A stretch of 60,876 nucleotides of DNA, filler included, from Sphacelaria rigidula (taxonomy: Eukaryota), in the NCBI GenBank assembly GCA_964200075.2. It is 5 parts of 5 records of this genome, joined end to end, with 100 filler letters (N's around TTAATTAATTAA, not from the genome) between each part and the next. Parts side by side here need not be neighbours in the genome. Positions count along the whole stretch, not along the records: positions 36,591 to 48,684 come from CAXNAA020004133.1; positions 48,785 to 60,876 come from CAXNAA020004134.1; 3 more parts are not named here. The stretch is one strand, 5' to 3'. Of this stretch, positions 39,120 to 51,089 are shown one piece after another. A model generated the notes under the pieces. The model was not told where the DNA came from. It did not search any database and worked only from the letters and a program-made list of their open reading frames with translations. The position numbers and the translations under genes are program-made. How positions within the stretch are numbered: position 1 is the first letter of the stretch; each line of letters begins with the position of its first letter.

Positions 39120-39775
39120 GGCAGACAAACAAAAAGCAGACAAAAACCCACCAGGCTCAAGAGATGAACAAATCAGAAATATAAACTAAACACAATGCTT
39201 TACGTGTCTGGAGTAAGCTATGATGAGTTGGTGTTGGTACTGTCGGTCCCAGGTGCTGTCGGTGCATCTTAGCTTGCAGCTTTGGCGGGCCGCATCGCCG
39301 TCTCTGCGTCATCTTTTTGGCACCAGTCCGCCATAGACGTTTCTGCTCCCTATTCAACACAGCTGTGCCACTCTATTGCGTTTGAGTCTCTGGTAGTCCA
39401 CCCCTGCAATTCGATACCGAACGCCTTCATGTTTTTCTCTGGGCAGCGGATCCAGTCCTTGTGCCTGCCGTTAAATTCTCCTCGTTGCCCCTTTACGGCT
39501 ATAATTCACCGAACATGATGTGTTTCGGTATCCGTCTGGGTGACATGCGCGTGACGAGACTGGCGAAGTTGAGTCTCCTCTTCCTCACCGTCGTCTCGAT
39601 GCTTTCGCATCCTGTCCTCGCGAGGGTCTCTCGGTATGGCAGAATGTGGTCTGCGCGATTGCGCTTGTGCGATCCAAGAACGCGGTCGTCCACCTCAAGG
39701 TCCGCGTGATCAAAGCCGAGGCTGTCGAGGTGCTCTTGTACGGGCGCGTCACATGGACCCCTCTCAACGCCCACT
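39120..39775 (-). mobile_element. RTE-like LINE 3' remnant with inverted 5' piece
   Basis: Minus strand: DHILPYRETLARTGCESIETTVRKRRLNFASLVTRM..RIPKHIMFGEL. Plus strand ~39685-39775: LKVRVIKAEAVEVLLYGRVTWT, the upstream part of the same type of ORF. Confidence 0.75.
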
Positions 39776-39945
39776 GCAACGTTTTTGCCCGCGAAGTGGT
39801 TTGGTGTTGTAAGGTGTACTCCAAGATAAATATTAATATTTCGCATGATCCCGTCCGCATACAAGGTTTGAGCAATATGCGACGTCCTCAAACCGCTAGT
39901 GAGCTGATGCAGTTTCTGCGAGCGGTGAGTTGGTTGCGAACTTCG
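39775..39945 (+). pseudogene. Ty3/Gypsy RT C-terminal/connection fragment
   Basis: CNVFAREVVWCCKVYS..ISHDPVRIQGLSNMRRPQTASELMQFLRAVSWLRTS fits the Gypsy RT thumb pattern. Confidence 0.7.
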
Positions 39946-39989
39946 ACGGTGGGTCTTGAATAAATACGTACGATCGTATACTAATTTGT

Positions 39990-41620
39990 TGAGATTTTAT
40001 GTACACCGGTGCTTCGAAGGCATGTACAAGGACCGTCGGGCCATGACCCCCGACGAATTGCTAGATGCTGTTAAGCAGTATGCCGGGTACACCACAACCG
40101 GCGGCAAGTATGACACTACGCGGGCTGCAACAGACCTTCATAGGGTTCTTACTATGCCACAAAGCAGCGGAACATTCATCAAGGATCGTGCGATGATGGT
40201 CAATTCATCGATGGAAAAGGCTTTCGCAGAAAATCTCTCACGGTGCAAGCCATGTACCGTGCGGAGGACAGGGGCTGGTTGCCAGGCCCGGCCGAGTCGG
40301 TTCCCATACCTTTGGTAGACAGGATTTCGCCTCCGGAATTCAAGGCGTATTTTAGAAGTGTACTAACAACACGGGATTTTACAAATGAGGGATGGATCTT
40401 TTATTGGGGATGAGAAACCTGGAGAATTCAAATCTTCATATCCATGCCAAATCTTCAAAATATGGTTCCATTTCTTCACCTACTGATAGCTATTGACAAC
40501 TGCTACACGCCATATAGATTTGGATATCAATCACCGAAATGTTGGGGTCCTCGGTCAAAAACCAATTTCGGAACCATTTTGGCGTCCGTTCGGACCCCAA
40601 CGTTTCGGTTATCGAAATCCAAATCTCTATGGCGTGTAGCAGTTGTCAATAGCTATCAGTAGGTGAAGAAATAGAACCATGCTTCGAAGATTTGGTGTGG
40701 ATACGAAGATTTAAATTCTCCGGGTTTCTCATCATCCCCAATAAAAGATCCATCCCCAATTTGTAAGACCCCGTGTTTAACGTATGTATGTTGACGGCTG
40801 GAAAAAGAATCCGACAGTGGTGTTCAACAAAATATTTGATGCCGCCGACCAGTGAAAATTTATTGAGGCACATGGCCGGCACGATTCTGCGGCAAGTGCA
40901 GGTAGTGCGCGCCGCAAACAGCAAAACTGACGAAAACAGCAGCCGTCTTCGCGAGCGTCGTCCACTCGCGCGTGTCACGACTGCGGCGACACCGGACAAG
41001 TGGTCAAGGATTGCCTCAAGCCTCGCGCTCAAGGCGCTGCTCACGGAAATACGCGAGATTCACCAAGACCTCGAGGCGGTCGTCACGGTGAACGGGACAG
41101 TGCCAACCAGGGACGTGGGCGCGGCGGCCGCGGTAGCAAGTAATCGGCGGCGGATGGTGGTTCCCCCGCGGCTGTTTCTTCGGCTACATCATCAGGTGGT
41201 GGTGACTCTGGATCTTATGGTTCGTCCGTAGCGGGGCGGACAGTGTACGGGGGAAATGCAAATACTTCGGTGGGGAGTGCGGGAGCGAATAGCTCGCAAC
41301 CCCTCGGCCAGGCAGGATCCGTGCCTGGTGCATCTCCTACTGCTGTGATGGCTGTAACAGCGCCGTCTACATATTCGGCGACGTGGTCTGGGCGGACCGA
41401 CAATTCTCAGTTATCGATATCAAGTGCTGGAGCGGAGCGCCAGCGTCAGATGACTCTTGGTACCGACCACGGTTCTTTGGCAGGCGTGGTACCTGTCGAT
41501 TGCGAGGCTGAATGCTTACCCGCAGATCTTTCCTTGACTGGTTCCGTAGGTTCGTTCATGGCCTGCGATATTCTGGATTCTGGGTCCGCGCTCACGTCAA
41601 TCGGTGTGGGGTCGCTAGAA
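39990..41620 (+). pseudogene. LTR-retrotransposon gag and aspartic protease remnant
   Basis: Degenerate knuckle CHDCGDTGQVVKDC near 40973, an RGG tract, and protease motif ILDSGSALTSI near 41570; multiple stops; interrupted by a MITE. Confidence 0.65.
40368..40777. mobile_element. Palindromic MITE with 4-bp TSD TAAC
   Basis: taac|aacacggg...cccgtgtt|taac; the arms are complementary over most of their length. Confidence 0.85.
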
Positions 41621-41629
41621 CAAATGTTT

Positions 41630-44600
41630 TTGACATGGTTCGATACTCACCGCCTAGCTGGGAATGGTGCCAATTCAGTGGGCACCGGGGCTAGCGGGCT
41701 CAAACACAATGATGAATATCGATCCATTGAGCTCGACGTTACCGAGTGCAGAGCCAGTCATGTTCGCAGCGTCGGGCTGAAGACTAAAGAATCCTCTAAG
41801 GTCGCAGTCCGTGATAGCGTAGATACTCTTGTGCTATTGGCGTACAGGCTAACTTGTGCTTTGCTAGCTGAGATGCATAGTCCAAAACGCTGTGACAGAT
41901 GGGGGAAGGCTGCTCAATTCAATCACACAATGTAGTATGACACATCAGGTACCAAGCATGACAAAGTATGACACATGGAACCTAGTCGACTGGAAAATGA
42001 CTCATATGTCTGTAACATCCCCCTAACCATATTTATATGGCTAAACAAAACGTTATTGGAGGGGTTGAAGGACCAGAACAAAAACGAAGGCTGTGCATCA
42101 TACGCCTGAAAGTAAAACGAGAAAAACCTGCTGAATTACAGTACAGGGGAAAACTCGTTGCAGATCTAATGAATAGGTAAACCCTGATAAGCAGGGGAAA
42201 ACTCCATTCGTTAGGAAAGGAAAAAATCTATAACGCCCTTTCAACGACAGAAACACCAGAGAAGTACGGTCGCTGTCGTTTTCCCGGGATCTCAGCTAGA
42301 CTGGAGAACGATCGGCTAGTTAGCGTGATCGCGCGTCGACACCCCGGATCAGTTACACTGGATTCTGGGGTAGTGCGGGGCTTGAACCTCGCTAAAAACA
42401 ACCTTTCCGCGAACTGATCAATAGTTACAGGAGTTCAGCTTTGAGGGGTGCTCTTCTATAACTACTGACACCTTTTCTACTGGAAATAGAGCCCACGCGC
42501 CTCGACTCACACATGTGCCCGTATATCAACAAATGAGAAGCAATCAACAACAAAGCGGCAAAAGAAAAAGACAACAACACTCGAAATTCATGACTGAAGC
42601 GTACGCTAGCAGCGATATATAGTTACACATCCCCTCATTTCATCACCGCATTCCTCTCGCAATGATATCGTATACCACATTACACAACAGCTATTCGTAA
42701 ACGTCGATGGCTCCAGTGTATCTTTAGTTCCTCCGTTCCAGCTTGGGGCGCTCAAGTTCCCGGCGAGATAGCTCTTTCTAGTCTCCATCTTCGTATCGTA
42801 CTCGCCGAAAGAAATTTCCATGATCATAAACGTGGCGTTTCAGCTCGACACTGTTATAGCCTTTCCAGGAGGTAGCACCCATGGGCAAAAGCTTCAAGGC
42901 ATCACTACGTGGGGAAGCGGGGTGCTTCGAGTGCGATAACTGTGGGGTGATACAGGTGCAAAAGGCTCATGGCGCAGTATGGAGCAATGGGTTGTGGGAA
43001 AATATATGAGGAACTGTGATCAAAGGGAAGGTATGGACGATGAAGACGACAGAAATGTGCCAAAAGTGCGATGATGCTAGACAGGGAAATATAGAAATAT
43101 TTTTATATTTTGCAAGGGGTCGCACCAGGATGTACGTTATCACCCTCTCTGCTCGAGGTATTCTTTGATGACCTGATACAGGCATGAGACATAGCAAAGC
43201 GAGGGGTGAAGTTGATGAAGAAACTGGAAACAGTGCAGCTGGCAGCAGCTAAAAGAATACTCGGATGCAATAAAATTAGTGAAGGAGTTGGGAAAGGTGC
43301 AGATTACAGCAGCTAAGGGAATGACTTGGATGCTCGAAACAAAGGAGTACCCCCCCCCCCTTTAAAGTCTTTCCCTTTTCCCCACCCGTCAGTGCCTGAA
43401 ACAACGTAGAGTTCTCGGCAATCCAACATGTTGACAGATACAGGTAATGCAATCCAACACGGGGACAAATTCAGGGGTCAGGTGGAATGTGGGTGTAGCG
43501 TTCCTGTTTGGTCGCCCCCAAGGTGGAACGCAAACACTTCGGGTATGGAGTGTTTCGGATGGGATGGGCGGATATGGAAGGAACTTCTTGCTTTTGAGAC
43601 AGCGGTGGTACGTGTGTAATGTTCACGGCCAGTCTAGGGCTCGAAGGGAAACGTATCAGACGGTAGCATGGCATCGGGTCGTCGGGTAGGCTGCGATTAC
43701 GCAAGAGTGTGTGTGAAACGTACTCTCTCTGGGGCCAAGATTTGCACAATTCTGTAACCTTTTCAGCAGCCGTCCTCCTTGGTTCTCGAATCCTGTGAAA
43801 CAGGAGACATAGTCCTGGCGAAAATAAAATAGACAAGGCATGCTGAATAAAAATATAACAATGAGGTACGTTGTACTAAATATACGGAGACAAAGCACAG
43901 AAATGACAACAAACATGAACTCACACGCGTGAGCTGTACATTGATGGTCCTTGGGCGAGTTTCCACTTTGTATGCCATATCCTAGCTGAGCCATTATGAG
44001 ACGACCGGATTGTAGGAATGAAGTCTTGCTTCAGTTGTACGGCACATAAGTTTGACAGCAAAAGGAGAGCGCGCGTTTACCTAAATCGTGTAGCAATACT
44101 GTCGGCTTTCCTACTCATTTAGAATATCAGTCAGCCGGGCGACTAGAATGCTACGCTCCTGGGCAAACTGTCCAAGGTACCAAGTGGTTCTAGAAACGAA
44201 CGTAGTTTTTCGACTGTATGGACATGACCTCTGAGCAATTGCGTTGCGTTTGGAGGGGGCTGGTTGTATGCCGGTATTATTGATCAACAGGCTAAAGCAC
44301 TTGTGAGCCCCTGCAGAACAGCTGCATTTGGCGAATTTTACCAGACATTTAGTCGTGTAGTCGACGAATGGTGCCGGGGAAAGTTGGGTGAGCAACACCT
44401 CGGTCAAGAAGCTTGTGATTTGTTTCTCCGATTATGCGGCGTTCTTATGGTAGGAGGCCGCATTGTTGTGTGGCAAAGGATGTGCATGCTGTACAGCGAC
44501 CATTTATACAGTAGAAACTCTTACTTCGCCCCCGCAAGGGGGTTCAGCGACCACATCAGCGAAATAAGTGTCTGAAAACTACATGTGGAGCCTGTGAGCA

Positions 44601-44775
44601 CCGTCAAAGACAAGATATATGGTCCCGCAGTCAACTTGCATGGTACGCTGGGCGTGAAGGGCAAAAAGGCAAGAGTAGGGAAACTACGTACGCCTTCGTA
44701 CTGAATAAGTAATGGCAAGGCAATGCACGGGAATATGAGTGGCAGCATGATTTCGAAAACCAAGTTTAAAGCAAC
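41630..44775 (-). repeat. ~3.1-kb composite repeat, copy 1 (homolog at 51090-54470)
   Basis: Colinear reverse-complement similarity throughout, e.g. gctagcgggctcaaacacaat and gagcaacacctcggtcaagaagcttgtg. Confidence 0.92.
42011..42629 (-). mobile_element. Candidate LTR preceded by a polypurine tract
   Basis: Minus strand atgagggga|tgtgtaac...gttaca, downstream of a pol-like C-terminal fragment; homolog at 53142-54024. Confidence 0.5.
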
Positions 44776-45270
44776 TGAACAATGCAGTATCCAACTGCGG
44801 TACCGCGAAGAAACAAGGTGGTATCCAACTACGGCACAGGGTGTGTCAAGAAGTCAACCTGTTGAATAGCAAACCATACAAAACAATGTTTTCGTGAGAT
44901 TGAGAATCTACGATACGATTGAGAGCAGGCTTTTCATGGCTTTCAGCAGCCGGGGGTGTCTGCATCATTAATGGGCAAAACGCTTACCTCGCACATTGGT
45001 GCAAACTCCTGCCGGCAAACCTAACAATGTTTCCGTGAAATCGAGCGTTGAAAGTACGATTGAGAGTGAGGTTTTATTCATAACATGTCTCGCTGCGCCG
45101 TTTCGGTTCCGATAATGAGACGAAACGTTTACATGTGTAGCATGTTGGAACATTCCTGCCACCCGTTGCCTGAATGGAATGGGAGAATAATGTTTTAAGA
45201 TGTTGCGCGCTGGCCCACAGGTCGCATTTGTGGAAAAATGCACCGTTCAAGATGTCTCCAAAGTAGTGTG

Positions 45271-45680
45271 GAGTGATGCTGCGATAGGGTCACCACTTTT
45301 ACGGCCTGAGAGTAGAATTGTTAGGAACCCTTAATCTCATCCAAAACACGACTTTCGAAATAGGTGAGAGTACGCCAGAGTTTTTCTTCCAATATGCTGG
45401 GGGTATCCCGAATAAATCTGCAAACGGGGATGCCCCGACCCGTATTCTTGTGCGTCTAGAATCGTAAGAAACCCCTGAACCAGACAAAAATTCGCGAAAA
45501 AAGTGCACCTCTACCGTAGCATTGCTCTAGGGTTTTTCTTCCAATTTGCTAGGGATATCCCGGAAGAGTTTGCAAACGGGGATATCCTGACCCATATTCT
45601 TGTGTAGTTTCTAATTTTAGGAACCCCTGAATCAGGCCGGTTTTGGCCCCAAAAGTGCAGACCCTGTCGCAGCATCACTC
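45271..45680. mobile_element. Longer variant of the GAG-terminus MITE, TSD TGTG
   Basis: tgtg|gagtgatgctgcgatagggt...accctgtcgcagcatcactc|tgtg, with an internal end-like motif finishing at 45527. Confidence 0.75.
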
Positions 45681-47429
45681 TGTGAGTCGTGCGGTTCGAG
45701 TAAAAGATACGATTTAGCCAGGTTGTGCCCTAATTCATTCGCAAATGCAGTTGATGCCACCATTCGTCGTGTGGGCTTGGGACTCGTGGATATCTTGAAA
45801 TCACTTTTCTGTTCAACAATTTCGCCGCAGTTTCCGTCGTTGTTTTTGAAAGCGCAAGTCATCGCGTGTGATATGACTGGTGATATCCCGCCTTTTCGTG
45901 CCGAGAAAAGTCGCAAAACGTGGTGGGACCCTGGATTCTGTTCCATGATCTCACCCTCGATGGCAGCGGATCATAACAAATTCTCTTGCACGAAGCCAAT
46001 GGAGCGCCTCCCGTCTATGAGCTGCAGCAAATCGATTTTGCCAGGGACTCTCGCCAACCGCATCGGATTTCCGAAAATGCACTCGAAACATGTGCCGACG
46101 GAGCCATCAAGAATAGCTCATGACCCATCAACACGAGAAAACTAATACTACCGCATCAGCGAATTAGCTGCAAAACACCGGGAGCACTTGGAAGTGGCTA
46201 ACCAAAAAAACACCTCATGCTGTGCTGAACAGCTATCGACCGTACAACGAACACCGGACGCTGGGTCTCGGTAGACTCCAAGACCACCGCTCCTGCTCCA
46301 CCTCTACCCCATCCGTGCTCTCCTCCTCGAGGGACAGTACGTGGCCTACACAGATCGCTGACTCTGCGCAATTTGATGTCACGCCGAGCGTCGACACTTA
46401 AAAAAGATGCGTCTTGCACGTCTTCTGCATGATCCTGCGGAAATGATCGATCGGGGGCAGCGGCGAAGGGTACGGGTGATCACAAGAGTTAATGGGGCAG
46501 GTTACAGTCGATAAATCGGGGGCTTCAGTACAGCTGGGCGAATTTTAACAACTTCAAATTAGAAACTGGCGCACACAGGACGTCCTTCTGTCCCGTGTGG
46601 GGATGATGCTCCCAAACGTATCCATTTACTTGGCACCACGTGAGGACGGTACGGACACATTCAACACTAGGCGGGTACTCACGATCGAAAAGACTTGGAC
46701 TCATCATGCCGAGCAGCTGGGCACTCTCGAATCCGGCGACATTGGACACGACATCCTCCAAGGCCTTGTCGAGCTCGATGGTGTCTGCGTCGGGGAGGTT
46801 CGTCTGGTTCGTGGAAAAGGTGCCAGCGATAGCGGGGGGAAAGAGACGGTGCAGGTGCGAGTCAAGAGTTATGACGCATATACATGGGTAGTGCACTCGC
46901 TGGGATATCCGTCATCATTCGTGATACACACTGATATATTTTCTAGTATGAACAGGAGTGCTAGAAAGAAATGCGAGGCCCCATGCTAATTTTTTCAATC
47001 CTGGGTGTTTTCGGGGGAGGGGGGGGGGCTTACTAAATCCCATGTATAAATCAAAAAGTAAACAAGTGAAAAAGTGTATAAAGAATAACAATTCGTGGTG
47101 ATGATTCTATAATTCTTCGCATACCTTCGGAGCTAAGGCCCAGTTTTATTCATGAGTTTCGGTACTACATTGCACATCACGCTTTCACGACAAAAACAAG
47201 ACCAGACAAATACCCCAGTGATCTGCAATGCTTCCTCAATCGAGCTTAGCACATCTATCTGCACCGCCAATTTGCGTCCAGTGTTGTGGTGGCAGATAGG
47301 GCCAACCGTCATGGGCGCTACCTCACCCAAGTCGCCCTAAAATGGCTGTATATTGAGTGCAGTTGGCAGGCAGTGCTGTCTTACCGAAGTTGAAAATGCA
47401 ATGTTGCTGACACGAAGCAGAAAACTCGC

Positions 47430-48206
47430 GTGACTATTCATGGGCGCACAGCTGGCTTCCATCGCCAGCAGTAGCCACGCTGGCTTTAATCCCATCGCCA
47501 GCAGTAGCCACGAGTGCGAGACACACTCGTCGTGCACAGCTCCCACAGAGAGGTGCGCCAAGCTTTGTCTCCCAGCACTTCGCCGAGTGAGCATGCGTGG
47601 GCCCATCGGCGGGTAGTACGGACTCGCGCTTCCCAGCACGGTGGCTATCACGCGCAAGGTGAGTGGGCGTTGTCGCTTGATCGAAACGCGGACCGTTTCT
47701 CGCACGAGGAAGAGCAGCAACAGCAGCGCCAGCAGAAATATTGACACCAGTTGATTGAGACCCACCCCCAGCCGTACACATCTGCTGGCAGTAAAGCTGC
47801 TGCTGCTGCTGCTGTTCATGCTTTTTGTCCTTTTCGTGTGGTAGACGCAATTAGTGTTTCGACCCGTGACAATGTCCACCACCCGGCGCGTTATTGCCTC
47901 TTTACTTTGAATCAATTGTCGTCGTCACCCCCACTGAATTTTCAGTATGTATCACTTGTTTTTCCTGTAGTGGACACTGGCTTTATTCGCATCACCAGCG
48001 ATAACAACGCGTGTGAGACACACTCGACGTGCGCAGCTACCACAGAGAGATTCGCACTGCTATTTATCCCAAACCTCAGCCGAGTGAGGAAGCATGGACC
48101 CATCGGCGCGTAGTACGGACTATCGCTTTCCAGCACGGCGGCCATCACGGGCAACGTGCGGGGGCGTTGTCGCACCATCAAAACGCGGACCGTTTCTCGC
48201 CCGAGA

Positions 48207-48243
<37 letters not shown>

Positions 48244-48420
48244 TCGGCACTAGGCTGATTCAAATCCACCCACAGCCGTATATATCCACTGGTAGTGATG
48301 CTGCTGCTGCTGCTGCTGTTGTTGTTGTTGTTGCCTTTTCTCCTTCTCGAGCTGGAGGCGGTCCGCATTTCGACCCGCGACAATGCCTATACACCCTTGC
48401 GCGTGATTGCCGCCCTACCT
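47430..48420. repeat. Diverged direct duplication (~450 bp) with CAG/CTG tracts
   Basis: ~47480-47890 vs ~47975-48420 share gagacacactcg, cccatcggcg, aaacgcggaccgtttctcgc and (CAG)n. Confidence 0.8.
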
Positions 48421-48684
48421 GAGGTCGCTGGTCTATTCGTGTGCTGTTTTCGTCATGACATCACTCGTATTTCCCCCTACATTGGAACGGCGTATAATTT
48501 CTCGTGAAAATGAATTTGTGAACCGTCACGTCACCACCACTACAGTACCGGCCCGCTAGTAAGAAACTGAAAAATCGGCCTGAGGCTGGCTTTCCTATTT
48601 TCCTGGGAGCATGAGCATTATTTTCTTAAATGCTCCTTTATAATTTTCCTGGGAAAATGAGCATCATTTTCTTAAAAGCGAAAC

Positions 48685-48784
48685 NNNNNNNNNNNNNNNN
48701 NNNNNNNNNNNNNNNNNNNNNNNNNNNNTTAATTAATTAANNNNNNNNNNNNNNNNNNNNNNNNNNNNNNNNNNNNNNNNNNNN
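48685..48784. other. Artificial contig spacer
   Basis: N44-TTAATTAATTAA-N44. Confidence 0.98.
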
Positions 48785-48939
48785 GCTGGAGGTGAGAACA
48801 GCGCTGCATGGGGGGCGATGAAGACTCTGTGACCCCGTAGTCCTCTCTTCCCTCGCCCTTTACCGCCGTTTGCGTCCTGATATGTACGCGACTGTCTCAC
48901 GATTTGGAAGGATGTTGGGGGTGCACAAAGAAACAAAAA

Positions 48940-49302
48940 CGCACACCTATGAACCCTTCCCCCCCTACCCGAACGGGACGGCGCGGGACGTGCTGGAGGG
49001 GGAAATCCGGGACGTGAACGAAGGTGGTATGCAATCGTTTCATGCATTAAGCAGTAGGGAGAAGACGATATCTATACTAGGAGATAGTGGCCAGAGACGG
49101 CGAAACAGAACGGGGATAAGATTAATGAAAAGGTTTTTGTGTAGTGTATGGAAAAGTCGTAGTGAGCTGCTGAAGGAACGGAATGAGCACCGGAATGTTG
49201 GAAATGCCTTTGTTAGGAGTAGAAACGGTGCTCCGTCTCGAAAAACATGCGTGGTCAATGGTCAAACGACCAAGGCAAGCACCAAATGAGTATGCCCCCC
49301 CC
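48940..49302 (+). mobile_element. LINE-like ORF 3' end
   Basis: Longest copy of the repeat ending RNGAPSRK.CVVNGQ.TKAS.K* plus a C-run; shorter copies share only the 3' end. Confidence 0.65.
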
Positions 49303-49718
49303 CTATCCCCTTGATATGCGAGGTCTATGGTCTGATGACTATGGCATGCATGATCATGAGTACACCCTACCCCCCCGGGAGGTCCAAATAAAAAGTGGGA
49401 CATGGGTGCGCGTTTTTGTTTTTTCATGCACCGTTGGAGATGTAGTTGTTTTTACTGCGTGGTATCGACTTTGTTTCCTTCTCGCTTTACCGCACTTCGT
49501 GAAAAAACAGTTGTTTTCGGGTCCGTTCATGGGCTCGTCCACATCGCGATGCCCGGGGGACATGTGGTTTCGGAAACAACTACACATCGTGGTTTTGAGA
49601 CCCCTGTCTGAGCGCTGAATCTAACCACCGCCCCTCCTCCGTATCCCGAGTTGACTTTCTCATGTTCGTTGCCGCCGGCCGTCTCTACCTTGTCCACCGT
49701 TGATTTCGGTCGGAGCGT

Positions 49719-50369
49719 TTGACGTTCAATCAGATGAACGAGCTGTTCCTCATCACAAAGCCCGGCCAGCAGGAGATCGTATACCCTGAAATTCCCTTGT
49801 GGGGAAAGTACAGGGTATACAACACGCCTAGAGAGGCTGTGGATTCGGTACCTCAAGAAATACTGCATCAGCAATGTATTCGCATGCTCTTGGTCGCATC
49901 GAACAGACAACTCAGGCGCCTCGTAGAACCCGACAGGGAAGCCTGCCAGCCGGAAGCGGCCCTGTATTTGGAAGTCTCAGACACGTGCCCATTCTACCAT
50001 TTGGAATTGGATACGGGCGGGGAGGGGGTTGTGATGGGGATCAGGTCGAAAATACCGCACAATGGCCCCAGAGACTCGTATATTACCGCTGCGATAGGCG
50101 GCGCAGATGGTACGCAGCATGTTGTAATAGCCAGTGTGCAAAAGAGTCCAGAGAGGAAAGGGAGGCTCACCGCGAAGCAGCCTATCGCGGTCGCTCCCGG
50201 GGATCTGGTCGTAGGTGGACCGGGATTCGAGCAAAGGTGGCTGAGGGCCAGACGCGACACGGGTCGAGAGGGGTTGGAGGACGAGGTAGCCCCTGATGAT
50301 GACCATGATGACTGTGATACTGGAAGTGATGGCGATGGTGATGATGGTGGTGATGGCAATAGCAACTAG
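49719..50369 (+). CDS. Hypothetical 216-aa ORF with acidic C-terminus
   Basis: Open frame with protein-like composition; no ATG at the annotated start and no recognised motif. Confidence 0.3.
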   Translation: MTFNQMNELFLITKPGQQEIVYPEIPLWGKYRVYNTPREAVDSVPQEILHQQCIRMLLVASNRQLRRLVEPDREACQPEAALYLEVSDTCPFYHLELDTGGEGVVMGIRSKIPHNGPRDSYITAAIGGADGTQHVVIASVQKSPERKGRLTAKQPIAVAPGDLVVGGPGFEQRWLRARRDTGREGLEDEVAPDDDHDDCDTGSDGDGDDGGDGNSN

Positions 50370-51089
50370 TGATGACGCTGGAGTCTCGAGTTGTAGTGGC
50401 GCAGTTGGAGAGTGAAAGCAATAGGTTCACATACAGGTCGGGATGCGGGCAAGAACGTACAGTTCAGGGCGGGGTCGAGATGCTGTCATGTAGCATGATG
50501 CGGTGTTGCGATGGTGTGTATGGCGGGACCGTACGAAGCGATCTTGGGGGTGGATGCCAACGATTTTGCTTTCGACAGAGACATTGCCGCCTCATATATG
50601 CTCGAACCGGATTGGAAAGCTCGACGGGTATTTGCAGTACGGTTGAGTCGTGCAATAAACTATTCACGTTGTGCATCGGCCGTCGATTCTTCAGGACAGT
50701 GGACGCCCAATCATCCGCTCGGCACATCACTGCGTTGGCAGTGATATCCCCCCACCACGCCACTGACAGCACCTTGCTGACCTTACTGACAGCAACTTGA
50801 CGCCCGAGATTTTTGTCTGGACACGAGCCTCGAGATGAACAACACTGAAAACATCCGTCGACAATCAAACAAACGTTGTTATGCTCCGTCGCCCGCAGCT
50901 AACCAGGGATGGGCGGCATGTGAAACCACGGACGCACTTCCTACTCCTCCTAGAAATTACGCATCAGCAGCGTCGTGCGGTACTCTTGAGGGTTTTTCGT
51001 CATTCAACGGCTAGGGTCTTCAAACCTCATTTCATTGATGAACCTCATTTTATAGAATCCCCTGTTAGTTGGATCCTACTTCGTTCAGG

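Noticed and set aside
47337-48507. PolyQ, polyL or polyS proteins
   Set aside because: The ORFs arise from CAG/CTG microsatellites in a local duplication and are open in several frames.
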